64,000 nucleotides of DNA from Chryseobacterium gleum (GCA_945897805.1 CAMDFX010000014.1:22001-86000), one strand, 5' to 3'; shown: positions 22,165 to 32,690, counted from the first letter of the stretch. The notes: generated by a model not told the origin, from the sequence alone. Program-made: numbers and translations.

Positions 22165-23193
22165 TTTACGCTTAAAATTGGGTTTCTTCAGCCAGCCAAC
22201 TTTTCTAAAATAGAATAACAAAATACTTGCAATAATTAGCATGATTCCCCAGGTGATATAGTATCCATATTTCATTTCTAGCTCAGGCATGAATTTAAAA
22301 TTCATACCATAAACACCTACTAGAAAAGTAAGTGGAATGAAAATTGAACTCACAATGGTCAATAAACGCATGATTTCATTCATTCTTTGTCCTTGCACAG
22401 CGTAATATAAATTGGCCATACCGTCTAAGATTTGTTTGTTCGCATCAATCTCATCCAAAATGGTCAAGCAATTGTCTTTCAATTCAACAAAGAAGTAGTG
22501 ATTTTCTTTTTTAAGAAAAGGACTGTGCATTTTTTCCAATTGAGAGGTAATTTCACGCATGGGAAAAACAATTTTTCGCAATTCTATTAATTTTCTTTTT
22601 TGGACTTCAATTTTCTTTAAAGTATCACTGTTTGGATGTCTAATTGTTTTCGATTCAAGACTTTCGATGGAATTAACAATGTCATCTAAAGCTTCAAAAT
22701 AATTATCAATAATTGCCTCCAAGAGTCTGAAAAGAAGAAAATCGGTTCCTTTCAATCTAATTTTTCCTCTTTTCTTCTCAATTCTATCTCTAACATCGGG
22801 AAAATGATCTGAACTTTTTTCTTGAAATGAAATCAAATATTTCGCACCTACAATGAAAGAAATGTTTTCTTGATGGAACTCAGATGAATTCAATTTGGGT
22901 AAGGCAGATTTAATTTTGAAGAAAAGATAATTATTGTATTCTTCTAATTTTGGTCTTTTGAATTCCTTGTAAATGTCTTCAAAAGTCAAAGATTCAATTT
23001 CCAGATTTTTACAAAGCTTTTCAATTTGATCTTTTTCCTTTATTGAATGAAAATTGAGCCAATGCGTTTTGTTGTTTTTTTTTTGCTGATCTGAAAAATA
23101 TTCAGCATAAAAATCAACTGAGTTTTTCGTTAAAATGTAGGATTCTGAATCATAATCGTATAATTGACAATTTAGGTCTACTGTCTCTTGCAT
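22159..23193 (-). CDS. corA: Magnesium/cobalt transporter CorA
   Basis: The signature GVYGMNF precedes two C-terminal TM helices. I prefer the start at the internal ATG (MQETVD) over the longest ORF (23232). Confidence 0.85.
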   Translation of the reverse strand: MQETVDLNCQLYDYDSESYILTKNSVDFYAEYFSDQQKKNNKTHWLNFHSIKEKDQIEKLCKNLEIESLTFEDIYKEFKRPKLEEYNNYLFFKIKSALPKLNSSEFHQENISFIVGAKYLISFQEKSSDHFPDVRDRIEKKRGKIRLKGTDFLLFRLLEAIIDNYFEALDDIVNSIESLESKTIRHPNSDTLKKIEVQKRKLIELRKIVFPMREITSQLEKMHSPFLKKENHYFFVELKDNCLTILDEIDANKQILDGMANLYYAVQGQRMNEIMRLLTIVSSIFIPLTFLVGVYGMNFKFMPELEMKYGYYITWGIMLIIASILLFYFRKVGWLKKPNFKRKL

Positions 23194-23256
23194 TTGCTTG
23201 AAGTTTAGTATAAAAGTAAGGAATAAGTTCAAATATTAACTAAACACTGTGCTATT

Positions 23257-23649
23257 TTAAGAAAATTTTGATTCTTTTCTGATTTTGGAAACTCTAAAGG
23301 CCCAGTAAATTAAGACAAATTGAATGGGGATTCGAATAATTGCAAACCACAAAAGAGGGTTTTCGTTATCAAAAAAATCTACCGCCATTGGAAAATGAAC
23401 CGTAAAAAGAAAAACGATCAACATGAAGATAATTAAAATCGCAGCAATTTTTCTGGTTTCTCTAAATAGTAGAAAAAGTCCCAGAATAATTTCGAAAAGA
23501 CCACTTATTGCAATGATAAATTCTTTTTCATCAAAGTAATCTGGAACAAGGCCAGCATAAAAACCTGGATTAATGAAATGAAAAATACCTGCTAAGAGAT
23601 AAAAGAAGGACATTGTAATTATTGTAGCTTTTTTATACATTTCGAACAA
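23257..23649 (-). CDS. Small integral membrane protein, DoxX-like
   Basis: Four predicted TM helices. The N-terminal pattern LLAGIFHFINPGFY resembles DoxX-like family proteins. Confidence 0.45.
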   Translation of the reverse strand: MFEMYKKATIITMSFFYLLAGIFHFINPGFYAGLVPDYFDEKEFIIAISGLFEIILGLFLLFRETRKIAAILIIFMLIVFLFTVHFPMAVDFFDNENPLLWFAIIRIPIQFVLIYWAFRVSKIRKESKFS

Positions 23650-23730
23650 ATTCTTATCATACTGTTCAAAATTAAACTAAATTTTTAATTCCTTGTCTTA
23701 TTTACGTATTAACAAATAATAAACTTTTCT

Positions 23731-24132
23731 TTAAAATCTAAAGAATCCTTTTTTCTTTGCTTTGAGCTCAGGAGCCTCATTTGATGAAAGTAACTGGTAA
23801 ATATTTCCCCAACCTAAAAATCCACCGATATTTCGGTCGTCAATAAAAATATCTGCGTTTAATTTTCTTCTGGTGTTTGGTGTGAAATCTTCTTCAGGAA
23901 AACTTTTATTTACTGCATAGAAAACAATTCCTTTCTTTTCACAAAATTCCACAGCTTCATCTAATTCTTGTCCGTGACGGTATGTCCACAGAATGAGTCT
24001 ATGTCCATCTTTTTGCAACAACTCCAGGGTCTCAAAAGCAAACATCAAAGGTTTACCAATGCCAGGATATTTATCTTCTACGATTGTTCCATCAAAGTCA
24101 ACAGCGATGGTTTTGGTATTTTGAGGTATCAT
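23731..24132 (-). CDS. HAD-superfamily-like small hydrolase
   Basis: N-terminal DFDGT (the DxDxT nucleophile motif) and a C-terminal IDDR-type acidic motif. Confidence 0.45.
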   Translation of the reverse strand: MIPQNTKTIAVDFDGTIVEDKYPGIGKPLMFAFETLELLQKDGHRLILWTYRHGQELDEAVEFCEKKGIVFYAVNKSFPEEDFTPNTRRKLNADIFIDDRNIGGFLGWGNIYQLLSSNEAPELKAKKKGFFRF

Positions 24133-24326
24133 TGATTTATTATTTTACTTGCAAAATTAATAAAAACTTGAAGTGCGAATTAAATTTTCACTTGAAATAA
24201 AAATTTCGCAACTAGTTTTCATTGTTCAAAGAAGTGATTTTTTGAGATTATTGATAATATATCATAAATGCCAAAGAATTATAGAGAAATAATTTTCCGT
24301 TTTTTACTTCGAAATAAATAATTCAT

Positions 24327-24334
24327 TACCTTTG
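24327..24334 (+). promoter_or_regulatory. Candidate Bacteroidetes -7 promoter element TACCTTTG for rpsA
   Basis: It matches TAnnTTTG about 100 nt upstream of the rpsA ATG. The -33 element is weak. Confidence 0.4.
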
Positions 24335-24436
24335 CACCCTAAATTAAGAGAACTGTCAATTCCAGCATTGGGCGGTTTTATTTTTAACTTCTTTCGAAAG
24401 TATTGGAATTCTTCGAAATACAAATTAAAACGCCAA

Positions 24437-26260
24437 ATGGCTGAAACAAAAATTACAGGGCAGGGATCTGCCGATTTTGATTGGGATGCACTCGCAATGG
24501 ATGGGTACAACAAAATTCAAAGAGCAGAACTTGCTGACAAATACGAAGCAACTTTATCTTCTATCAACGAAAAAGAAGTAATTGAAGGAACAGTTGTTGT
24601 ATTAACAAAAAGAGAAGCGGTTATCAATGTTGGTTACAAATCTGAAGGAGTAATTCCAGTAAGTGAATTCCGCTACAATCCAGATTTGAAAGTTGGAGAC
24701 AAAGTTGACGTTTACGTTGAGTGTCAAGAAGACAAAACTGGTCAGTTAGTTATTTCTCACCGCACTGCACGAATGCACAAAGCATGGATACGTGTGAATG
24801 ATGTATTGCGCACAGGGGAAGTTATCACTGGTTATGTGAAATGCAGAACCAAAGGAGGTTTAATTGTTGATGTTTTCGGAATTGAAGCATTTTTACCAGG
24901 TTCTCAAATCGATGTTAAACCAATCCGTGATTACGATATTTACGTTGGTAAAAACATGGAGTTCAAAGTTGTTAAAATCAACCAAGAGTTTCGTAACGTT
25001 GTTGTTTCTCACAAAGCGCTTATTGAAGCGGAGCTGGAAGAACAGAAAAAACAAATTATTTCAGGTCTTGAAAAAGGTCAAGTGTTGGAAGGAACTGTTA
25101 AAAACATCACATCTTATGGTGTATTCATCGATTTAGGTGGTGTTGATGGTTTGATTCACATTACAGATCTTTCTTGGGGTCGTGTAAATCATCCAGAAGA
25201 AATCGTTGAGTTGGATCAAAAATTGAATGTTGTAATTCTTGATTTTGATGACGATAAAAAACGAATTGCTCTTGGATTAAAACAATTACAAGCTCATCCT
25301 TGGGATGCTTTGAACACTGAATTAAACGTTGGTGACAAAGTTTCTGGAAAAGTTGTTGTAATGGCTGATTACGGTGCTTTCGTTGAAATCGCTGCTGGAG
25401 TTGAAGGGTTGATTCACGTTTCTGAAATGAGCTGGTCACAACACTTGCGATCTGCACAAGATTTCATGAACGTTAGCGATACAGTTGAAGCTGTCATCTT
25501 GACTTTAGATAGAGAAGAAAGAAAAATGTCTTTAGGTATCAAACAATTGATGCCAGATCCATGGGAAGCGATTGAAGCAAAATATGCAGTTGCAACGCGT
25601 CACAATGCGAAAGTTCGTAACTTCACAAACTTCGGCGTTTTCGTTGAATTGGAAGAAGGCGTTGACGGTTTGATTCACATTTCTGACCTTTCTTGGCAGA
25701 AAAAAATCAAGCACCCATCAGAATTCTGCAAAGTAGGAGACGAAATGGAAGTGGTTGTTTTAGAAATAGACCGTGCAAATCGTCGTATTTCTTTAGGACA
25801 CAAACAATTGGAAGAAAATCCATGGGAAGTATTTGAAACTATCTTTGGAGAAGGTTCAGTGCACCAAGGTACAATCATCGAAACAAAAGATAAAGCTGGT
25901 ATTGTTGCACTTCCTTATGGTGTTGAAGGTATTTGTCCTTCTAAGCACTTGAAGAAAGCAGACGGATCAAACGCGAAAGTGGAAGATACTTTAGATTTCA
26001 AAGTAATTGAATTTAATAAAGATTCTAAGAAAATCGTTGTTTCTCATACCCGCACTTTTGAAGAAGGCGAAGATCGTCCAACTGCAGCTTCTACAACAGC
26101 TGGAAAACCAGGCGCTAAGAAAAGTGGTGGAGCTGGAGCAGGAAATGCTACTTCTCAAGCTGTAAAAGCAATCAACTCAAATTCTGAGAAATCTACTTTA
26201 GGTGATTTGGATGCTTTATCTGCATTGAAAAAAACAATGGAAGAAGGAGAAGGGAAATAA
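24437..26260 (+). CDS. rpsA: 30S ribosomal protein S1
   Basis: Six S1 (OB-fold) repeats with recurring GLIH.S motifs. I chose the start at MAETKITGQG; the 35-codon upstream extension in the ORF track looks non-coding. The Ala/Gly/Lys-rich C-terminal tail is common in Bacteroidetes S1. Confidence 0.93.
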   Translation: MAETKITGQGSADFDWDALAMDGYNKIQRAELADKYEATLSSINEKEVIEGTVVVLTKREAVINVGYKSEGVIPVSEFRYNPDLKVGDKVDVYVECQEDKTGQLVISHRTARMHKAWIRVNDVLRTGEVITGYVKCRTKGGLIVDVFGIEAFLPGSQIDVKPIRDYDIYVGKNMEFKVVKINQEFRNVVVSHKALIEAELEEQKKQIISGLEKGQVLEGTVKNITSYGVFIDLGGVDGLIHITDLSWGRVNHPEEIVELDQKLNVVILDFDDDKKRIALGLKQLQAHPWDALNTELNVGDKVSGKVVVMADYGAFVEIAAGVEGLIHVSEMSWSQHLRSAQDFMNVSDTVEAVILTLDREERKMSLGIKQLMPDPWEAIEAKYAVATRHNAKVRNFTNFGVFVELEEGVDGLIHISDLSWQKKIKHPSEFCKVGDEMEVVVLEIDRANRRISLGHKQLEENPWEVFETIFGEGSVHQGTIIETKDKAGIVALPYGVEGICPSKHLKKADGSNAKVEDTLDFKVIEFNKDSKKIVVSHTRTFEEGEDRPTAASTTAGKPGAKKSGGAGAGNATSQAVKAINSNSEKSTLGDLDALSALKKTMEEGEGK

Positions 26261-26282
26261 CTCTCAATTCTTTTAAAAATAC

Positions 26283-26315
26283 AAATCCCGGTAATTGATT
26301 ATCGGGATTTTTTTA
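26283..26315 (+). terminator. Rho-independent terminator of rpsA
   Basis: AAATCCCG-gtaattgattat-CGGGATTT followed by TTTT. Confidence 0.75.
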
Positions 26316-26376
26316 TGTAAAATAATCTTTAATGTAATTTTGTTGCATTTATAAAGTATTTGACTAAATTTACATC

Positions 26377-26688
26377 GTGCAAAAATCAAAATGGTGGATT
26401 TATATATTGTTAGCGAGCTTTTTAGTACTGCTCGTTCCTAAGAATATATTGCATGATTGCGGCGTAAAACATCCTGTAAAAAAATTAAATAAAACAGAAT
26501 ACATTGTTGCACAAGAACATTGTAGTATCTGTGATTTTCAATTTTATCCATCAATTGAAGTAGACCAACCAATTTTTTTCTATACTGAAAGATTTATTCC
26601 GATAAGATTTTTGGCAAAAGTTCAACCTACTTTTGTTTTTATTGTTGGTTTTAATTCACCACGAGGTCCGCCTTCAGATTTATTTTAA
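26377..26688 (+). CDS. Small membrane-anchored Cys/His protein (HYC_CC_PP-like)
   Basis: GTG start and an N-terminal TM helix, then LHDCG (HxC), HCSICDF (CxxC) and a C-terminal PRGPP, in the motif order the family name implies. It sits immediately upstream of a TonB-dependent receptor. The family assignment is from memory, not from a search. Confidence 0.45.
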   Translation: MQKSKWWIYILLASFLVLLVPKNILHDCGVKHPVKKLNKTEYIVAQEHCSICDFQFYPSIEVDQPIFFYTERFIPIRFLAKVQPTFVFIVGFNSPRGPPSDLF

Positions 26689-26728
26689 AGTTTTTTTTAA
26701 AAAAATAATTTAAAGTAAATCAATATCA

Positions 26729-29038
26729 ATGAAAAAGTATTTTTTGATGGCTTTTCTGTTGATATCAATAGCCATTAATGCGCAAAAACAAAGTTGTAAC
26801 TTCATTTTTGAAGGGCAGGTTATTGATCAACATGAAAACACTGCAGTTCCATTTGCTAAAATTCAAATCAAGGAACTCAATGTGAATATTTTATCAGATT
26901 CAATCGGAAGATTCAAAATTGCAGGTATTTGTGCTGGTGAATACACTATTATTTGTTTGCATCATATTGGATGTGAGCCCGTAAAATTTAACAGGGATAT
27001 AAACGCCAACACCTTTGAAAAAATATTCATTGAATTTCATTTAGATGAATTGGAAGAAGTGCAAGTTGAATATACGGTTTTTAAAATGTCTACATTATCG
27101 GTCGATAAACCTTCAGAATTGGAAAAATCTTTTGCAATAGGCAAAACATTAGGCGATTTAGTGAAGCAATTGCCCGGTGTAAATACTTTAAATACAGGTT
27201 CTAATATTTCTAAACCAATAATTCATGGAATGCATAGTAATCGTGTATTAATTTTGAACAATGGTATCAAACAAGAAGGGCAACAATGGGGAAGCGAACA
27301 TGCTCCTGAGATTGATCCTTTTTTATATTCAGAAGTTTCCTTAATTAAAGGTGCAAATGCAGTTCGCTATGGCTCTGATGCAATCGCGGGAGTTATTATG
27401 CTTGAACCCTCAAAATTGAGATATAAACCAGGACTAAGAGGGCAATTTCAATCCACTTTGTTTGGCAATGGTCGTCAAGCTAGTTTTTCAACTATTCTTG
27501 AGGGCGGATTTAAGAAGATTCCCTATTTTTCTTGGCGTGCCCAAGGTACTTTTAAACAAGGAGGAACTTTACAAACACCATCTTACTATTTGAAAAACAC
27601 AAGTATTAGAGAGGTAAATTACTCTTTAAATGCCAAATATGATTCAAAAAAATGGGCAAGTGAAGTTTTTTACTCAAAGTTTGATACTGACTTAGGAATT
27701 TTTTCAGGGTCACATATTGGCAATTTAACGGACTTAAATAATGCTTTCAATGCAAGTCAACCTTTGGAGCTTGGTACTTTTAGTTATACTATAGATAAGC
27801 CAAGGCAACAGATTAATCATGATTTATTTAAGATTGTTTCTAGTTTCAATTTAAATTCTAAAAACAAGTTGGTTTTTCAGTATGGACGCCAGCAAAATTT
27901 GAGAAAAGAATATGATAGACATACCCCATATAATGATTCTTTAGCAGCTTTGGGTTTACCTGCTTTTCAATTGACTTTAATTACTCATTCAGGCGATTTG
28001 AAATGGGAACATCAACTTTTTAAAAACATGAAAGGCGAAGCAGGCATTTCATATCAAAATCAAGGAAATAGTTATCAGGGAAGATTTTTTGTTCCAAATT
28101 TCAAAAAGAATTCAATGGGGATTTATCTCTTGGAAGTTCTTAAGTTTAAAAATTATGAGATTGAAGCAGGACTTCGATTTGATAAAACGGATTTATCGGT
28201 TTTCATTTATGAATCGAAAATTTTAAAAAATTATCTACATCGATTTCAGCAATTTAGTGGCTCAACTGGAATCTCCAAAGCCATCGGTCATCATTGGATT
28301 GTAAAATTAAACCTTGGAACTGCCTGGCGACCGCCTTCTATCAATGAGCTATATAGCAATGGTTTACATCATGGAGCTGCAGCAATTGAAATTGGAGATA
28401 GAAAAATCAAGCAAGAAGTTGCCTATAATTTTCAAACAGGAATTAATTTCAAAACGAAAAAATGGACAATTCAAACAGATGCTTACCACAATCAAATCAA
28501 TGGTTTTGTGTATTTGCGTCCAACCTTACCAGCTGTTTTGACCATCAAAGGGGCTTTTCCTGTTTTCAAGTACGAACAAATTGATGCAAGGTTTTCAGGA
28601 GTTGATTTGTCTGTTTATTACAAACTATTTAAAAAGTTTACTTTACACGCAAAAGGCTCAATAGTAAGGGTTTATAACCAAACAAAAGGGAGCTATCTTG
28701 TTGGAATTCCTGCAGATAAGTTAGAACCAGGAATTACATTTAGTCATCAGTTTAGAAAAAACAGATTTTTAAATATTCAATTCTCAACACCGATGGTTCG
28801 TGTGCAAGAAAGGGTGGACGTAAATAGTGACTATGTGCCTCCACCAGCTGGTTATGTCTTGGTAAACGGACAAATAACCTATTCTTTTTTAATTAAAAAC
28901 CAAAAGATTGACTTTAGTTTAGAAGTCAGTAATTTAACAAATCAAGTTTACCGAGATTACTTAAATCGATTTAGATACTTTGCCGATGAAGTGGGAAGAA
29001 ACATCGGATTTAAATTAAAAATACCATTTAACATTTAA
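26729..29038 (+). CDS. TonB-dependent receptor with an N-terminal carboxypeptidase-regulatory-like domain
   Basis: Signal peptide, plug-domain motifs (GVNTL..G..ISKPIIHGM...RVLILNNGIKQEGQQWG.EHAPEID), a long beta-barrel and a C-terminal aromatic residue. Confidence 0.9.
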   Translation: MKKYFLMAFLLISIAINAQKQSCNFIFEGQVIDQHENTAVPFAKIQIKELNVNILSDSIGRFKIAGICAGEYTIICLHHIGCEPVKFNRDINANTFEKIFIEFHLDELEEVQVEYTVFKMSTLSVDKPSELEKSFAIGKTLGDLVKQLPGVNTLNTGSNISKPIIHGMHSNRVLILNNGIKQEGQQWGSEHAPEIDPFLYSEVSLIKGANAVRYGSDAIAGVIMLEPSKLRYKPGLRGQFQSTLFGNGRQASFSTILEGGFKKIPYFSWRAQGTFKQGGTLQTPSYYLKNTSIREVNYSLNAKYDSKKWASEVFYSKFDTDLGIFSGSHIGNLTDLNNAFNASQPLELGTFSYTIDKPRQQINHDLFKIVSSFNLNSKNKLVFQYGRQQNLRKEYDRHTPYNDSLAALGLPAFQLTLITHSGDLKWEHQLFKNMKGEAGISYQNQGNSYQGRFFVPNFKKNSMGIYLLEVLKFKNYEIEAGLRFDKTDLSVFIYESKILKNYLHRFQQFSGSTGISKAIGHHWIVKLNLGTAWRPPSINELYSNGLHHGAAAIEIGDRKIKQEVAYNFQTGINFKTKKWTIQTDAYHNQINGFVYLRPTLPAVLTIKGAFPVFKYEQIDARFSGVDLSVYYKLFKKFTLHAKGSIVRVYNQTKGSYLVGIPADKLEPGITFSHQFRKNRFLNIQFSTPMVRVQERVDVNSDYVPPPAGYVLVNGQITYSFLIKNQKIDFSLEVSNLTNQVYRDYLNRFRYFADEVGRNIGFKLKIPFNI

Positions 29039-29051
29039 AAATTAATTAATT

Positions 29052-29606
29052 ATGAAAAAGTTACAAGTAATATTAGCAATTTTAACAGTGAATTCATTGA
29101 TTTTAACGTCATGTAAAAAAGAAAATCCTGAAACTCCACCACCACCTGCAAATGAAGCTGAACTAATTACAACTTTTAAGATTGTTTTCACAGATCCAAA
29201 TGGCGTTAATCCTACCTATGAGGCAGTTTTTAGAGATATTGATGGAGCAGGAGGGAATCAACCCACTGCATTTGACACAATTCGTTTGAAGCCTAATTCA
29301 ACATACAACGCTTCAATTCAGTTTTTGAATGAATCAGTTTCTCCTACAGATACAATCACCAATGAAATTTTGCAAGAAGCTGGAGATCATTTAATTTGTT
29401 ACAATATTAATGGTGCCAATGTTTCTGTACAACGAACCGATTCTGATGGTGTTTTTGAAATTGGACTATTATCAAATTGGACTACATTAAACGTATCGAC
29501 AGGCAATGTGATTATTACACTGAAACACCAACCGGGAATTAAAAATGGAAATTGCGATTTAGGCGATACAGATATAGAGTTAAACTTTATTACTAGAATT
29601 GAATAG
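29052..29606 (+). CDS. Lipoprotein of unknown function co-transcribed with the TonB-dependent receptor
   Basis: Lipobox LILTSC. It starts 13 nt after the receptor gene. The His/Asp/Cys-containing beta-rich sequence matches no motif I recognise. Confidence 0.5.
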   Translation: MKKLQVILAILTVNSLILTSCKKENPETPPPPANEAELITTFKIVFTDPNGVNPTYEAVFRDIDGAGGNQPTAFDTIRLKPNSTYNASIQFLNESVSPTDTITNEILQEAGDHLICYNINGANVSVQRTDSDGVFEIGLLSNWTTLNVSTGNVIITLKHQPGIKNGNCDLGDTDIELNFITRIE

Positions 29607-29870
29607 AGAGCTAATCGTTTGATTTAATTGGGGTTTATTAAATGGCGTGAAATATTTGAATGTAGAATGAATTGAAAAATATCTTAAATTCCTTTTCAAA
29701 TCTAATGTTTAAAAGTTCAAATTTTTTACGCTAATTTTCGCTATTAACAATCATTTTAAAATTGTTAAAAACTGCTGAACAATTTATAGTGCTAAACCCT
29801 AAGTTTTGCAGTAAATTTACGCTCAATTTGTAGGTAAGTATTGTCAAATTGAATCCATAAAGCGCATAAA

Positions 29871-32687
29871 ATGCCAAAAAATCAATCAATTAAGTCAGTT
29901 TTAATTATCGGTAGCGGTCCAATTGTTATCGGTCAAGCATGTGAATTTGATTATGCAGGTTCGCAAGCAGCTCGTTCTTTGAGAGAAGAGGGGATAGAGG
30001 TAACTTTGATAAATTCCAATCCAGCAACTATCATGACCGATAAAGTTGTTGCGGATAATATCTACTTATTGCCTTTGGAACCTGAAAGCATCATCGAAAT
30101 TCTTCAAAAACACAAAATCGACGCGGTTTTGCCAACAATGGGAGGACAAACCGCATTGAATTTAGCAATTCAATGCGAAGAAATGGGCATCTGGGAAGAA
30201 CACAATGTTGAGATGATTGGTGTGGATATCAAAGCGATAGAAATTACCGAAAATAGAGAAGCTTTCCGTGAGTTGATGGGACGAATTGACATTCCGATGG
30301 CGCCGCAACAAACAGCAAAATCTTTCTTGGAAGGAAAAGAAATTGCGCAAAAATTCGGTTTTCCACTTTGTATTAGAGCCAGTTATACCTTAGGCGGAGC
30401 AGGTGCATCGATTGTGCACGACCCCAAAGAATTCGACGGATTATTAGAGCGAGGATTGCAACTTTCTCCGATTCACGAAGTCATGATTGACAAAGCTTTA
30501 TTGGGTTGGAAGGAATTTGAATTAGAATTATTGAGAGATTCAAATGACAATGTGGTGATTATCTGTTCGATTGAAAATTTTGATCCAATGGGAATTCACA
30601 CTGGAGATTCAATCACGGTAGCTCCTGCGATGACTTTGTCAGATACAACTTACCAAAGAATGCGTGACATGGCCATCAAAATGATGCGTTCAATCGGAAA
30701 TTTTGCTGGTGGTTGTAACGTTCAATTTGCTGTTTCTCCAGATGATGCGGAAGATATCATTGCGATTGAAATTAATCCGCGTGTTTCTCGTTCGTCCGCT
30801 TTAGCTTCGAAGGCAACAGGTTATCCTATTGCGAAAATCGCTTCAAAATTGGCTATTGGTTATCATTTAGATGAATTGAGTAATCAAATCACAAAAAACA
30901 CTTCAGCTTTATTTGAACCAACATTGGATTACGTGATTGTGAAAATTCCGCGTTGGAATTTCAATAAATTCCCAGGAACAGACAGAAGATTAGGTCTCCA
31001 AATGAAATCGGTGGGCGAAGTAATGGGAATTGGAAGATCTTTCCAAGAAGCATTGCAAAAAGCTTGTCAATCGCTAGAAATTAATAGAAATGGTTTGGGC
31101 GCAGACGGCAAAGAATTGACTGATCAAGCTGCGATTTTATATTCTATAGAAAATGCGAGTTGGAATCGATTATTCCATGTCTACGATGCAATTAAATTGG
31201 GAATTCCTTTCAAAACAATTCACGAAAAAACGCGGATTGACGTTTGGTTTTTGAAACAAATTGAAAATTTAATTAAACTGGAAAGAAAAATTGAAAAATT
31301 TCATTTAGGAAATATACCCAAAGATTTGTTGTTCACAGCCAAACAAAAAGGATATGCAGACAGACAAGTCGCTCATTTGTTGCGTTGCTTAGAATCAGAA
31401 GTTTACAATAAACGCACTGAAATGGGCATTCAACGTGTTTACAAATTGGTTGACACTTGCGCTGCTGAATTTGAAGCACAAACTCCTTATTATTACAGTA
31501 CTTTCGAATACGAAAATGAAAGTATTCCGTCGGATCGAAAAAAAGTAATTGTGTTGGGTTCTGGACCAAATAGAATTGGACAAGGAATTGAATTTGATTA
31601 CAGTTGTGTACACGGTGTTTTGGCCGCCAAAGAATGTGGTTACGAGACGATTATGATCAATTGTAACCCTGAAACTGTTTCTACAGATTTTGATACCGCA
31701 GATAAATTATACTTCGAACCGGTTTTTTGGGAGCATATTTATGACATTATCAAGCATGAAAAACCGGAAGGTGTGATTGTGCAATTGGGTGGACAGACTG
31801 CATTGAAATTGGCGCAAAAATTAGAAAGATTTGGAATCAAGATTTTAGGAACAAGCTTCGAAGCGCTAGATTTGGCGGAAGATAGAGGTCGCTTTTCGAA
31901 AGTGTTGGAAGAAAACAATATTTTATTCCCTAAATACGGAATTGTGCAAGATGCCGAACAAGCAATTGAACTTTCCAAAGATTTAGGTTTCCCATTGTTG
32001 GTGCGTCCTTCTTATGTTTTGGGAGGTCAAAAAATGAAAATTGTTATAAATGAAGAAGAATTGGAGCACCATGTAGTTGATATTATCGGAGAAATGGGGC
32101 AAAATCAAATTTTGTTAGACCATTTTATCGGTGGGGCCATTGAAGCTGAAGCAGATGCGATTTGCGATGGCGAAGATGTATACATCATAGGAATCATGCA
32201 ACACATTGAACCTGCGGGTATTCACTCCGGAGATTCTTATGCTGTACTTCCCCCGTACAACTTAGGAGATTTCGTTTTACTTCAAATTGAAGAAATTACC
32301 AAAAAGGTAGCATTGGCTTTGAAAACAGTTGGTTTGATTAACATTCAATTTGCTATAAAAGACGATAAAGTGTATGTGATTGAAGCCAATCCAAGAGCAT
32401 CTAGAACAGTTCCGTTTATTGCCAAAGCATATGATGAACCTTATGTAAATTACGCCACGAAAGTGATGTTGGGACATTCAAAAGTGAAAGATTTCAATTT
32501 TCAACCCAGAAAAGAAGGATACGCGATTAAAATACCAGTTTTCTCCTACGAAAAGTTCCCAGATGTGAAAAAAGAATTGGGTCCTGAAATGAAATCCACG
32601 GGAGAAGGAATTCGCTTTATAAAAACGTTGAAAGATCCCTTCTTTACAAAGATTTATGCTGAAAGAAATATGCACTTATCTAAATAG
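29871..32687 (+). CDS. carB: Carbamoyl-phosphate synthase large subunit (short form, no C-terminal allosteric domain)
   Basis: Two ATP-grasp halves (IGSGPIVIGQACEFDYAGSQA and LGSGPNRIGQGIEFDYSCVH). The ORF ends 26 aa after GPEMKSTGE. Confidence 0.93.
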   Translation: MPKNQSIKSVLIIGSGPIVIGQACEFDYAGSQAARSLREEGIEVTLINSNPATIMTDKVVADNIYLLPLEPESIIEILQKHKIDAVLPTMGGQTALNLAIQCEEMGIWEEHNVEMIGVDIKAIEITENREAFRELMGRIDIPMAPQQTAKSFLEGKEIAQKFGFPLCIRASYTLGGAGASIVHDPKEFDGLLERGLQLSPIHEVMIDKALLGWKEFELELLRDSNDNVVIICSIENFDPMGIHTGDSITVAPAMTLSDTTYQRMRDMAIKMMRSIGNFAGGCNVQFAVSPDDAEDIIAIEINPRVSRSSALASKATGYPIAKIASKLAIGYHLDELSNQITKNTSALFEPTLDYVIVKIPRWNFNKFPGTDRRLGLQMKSVGEVMGIGRSFQEALQKACQSLEINRNGLGADGKELTDQAAILYSIENASWNRLFHVYDAIKLGIPFKTIHEKTRIDVWFLKQIENLIKLERKIEKFHLGNIPKDLLFTAKQKGYADRQVAHLLRCLESEVYNKRTEMGIQRVYKLVDTCAAEFEAQTPYYYSTFEYENESIPSDRKKVIVLGSGPNRIGQGIEFDYSCVHGVLAAKECGYETIMINCNPETVSTDFDTADKLYFEPVFWEHIYDIIKHEKPEGVIVQLGGQTALKLAQKLERFGIKILGTSFEALDLAEDRGRFSKVLEENNILFPKYGIVQDAEQAIELSKDLGFPLLVRPSYVLGGQKMKIVINEEELEHHVVDIIGEMGQNQILLDHFIGGAIEAEADAICDGEDVYIIGIMQHIEPAGIHSGDSYAVLPPYNLGDFVLLQIEEITKKVALALKTVGLINIQFAIKDDKVYVIEANPRASRTVPFIAKAYDEPYVNYATKVMLGHSKVKDFNFQPRKEGYAIKIPVFSYEKFPDVKKELGPEMKSTGEGIRFIKTLKDPFFTKIYAERNMHLSK

Positions 32688-32690
32688 AAA

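Noticed and set aside
24332-24436. 35-codon N-terminal extension of the rpsA ORF in the six-frame track
   Set aside because: The extension covers the candidate -7 box and the leader. Its composition looks non-coding, and the canonical S1 N-terminus MAETK begins at 24437.
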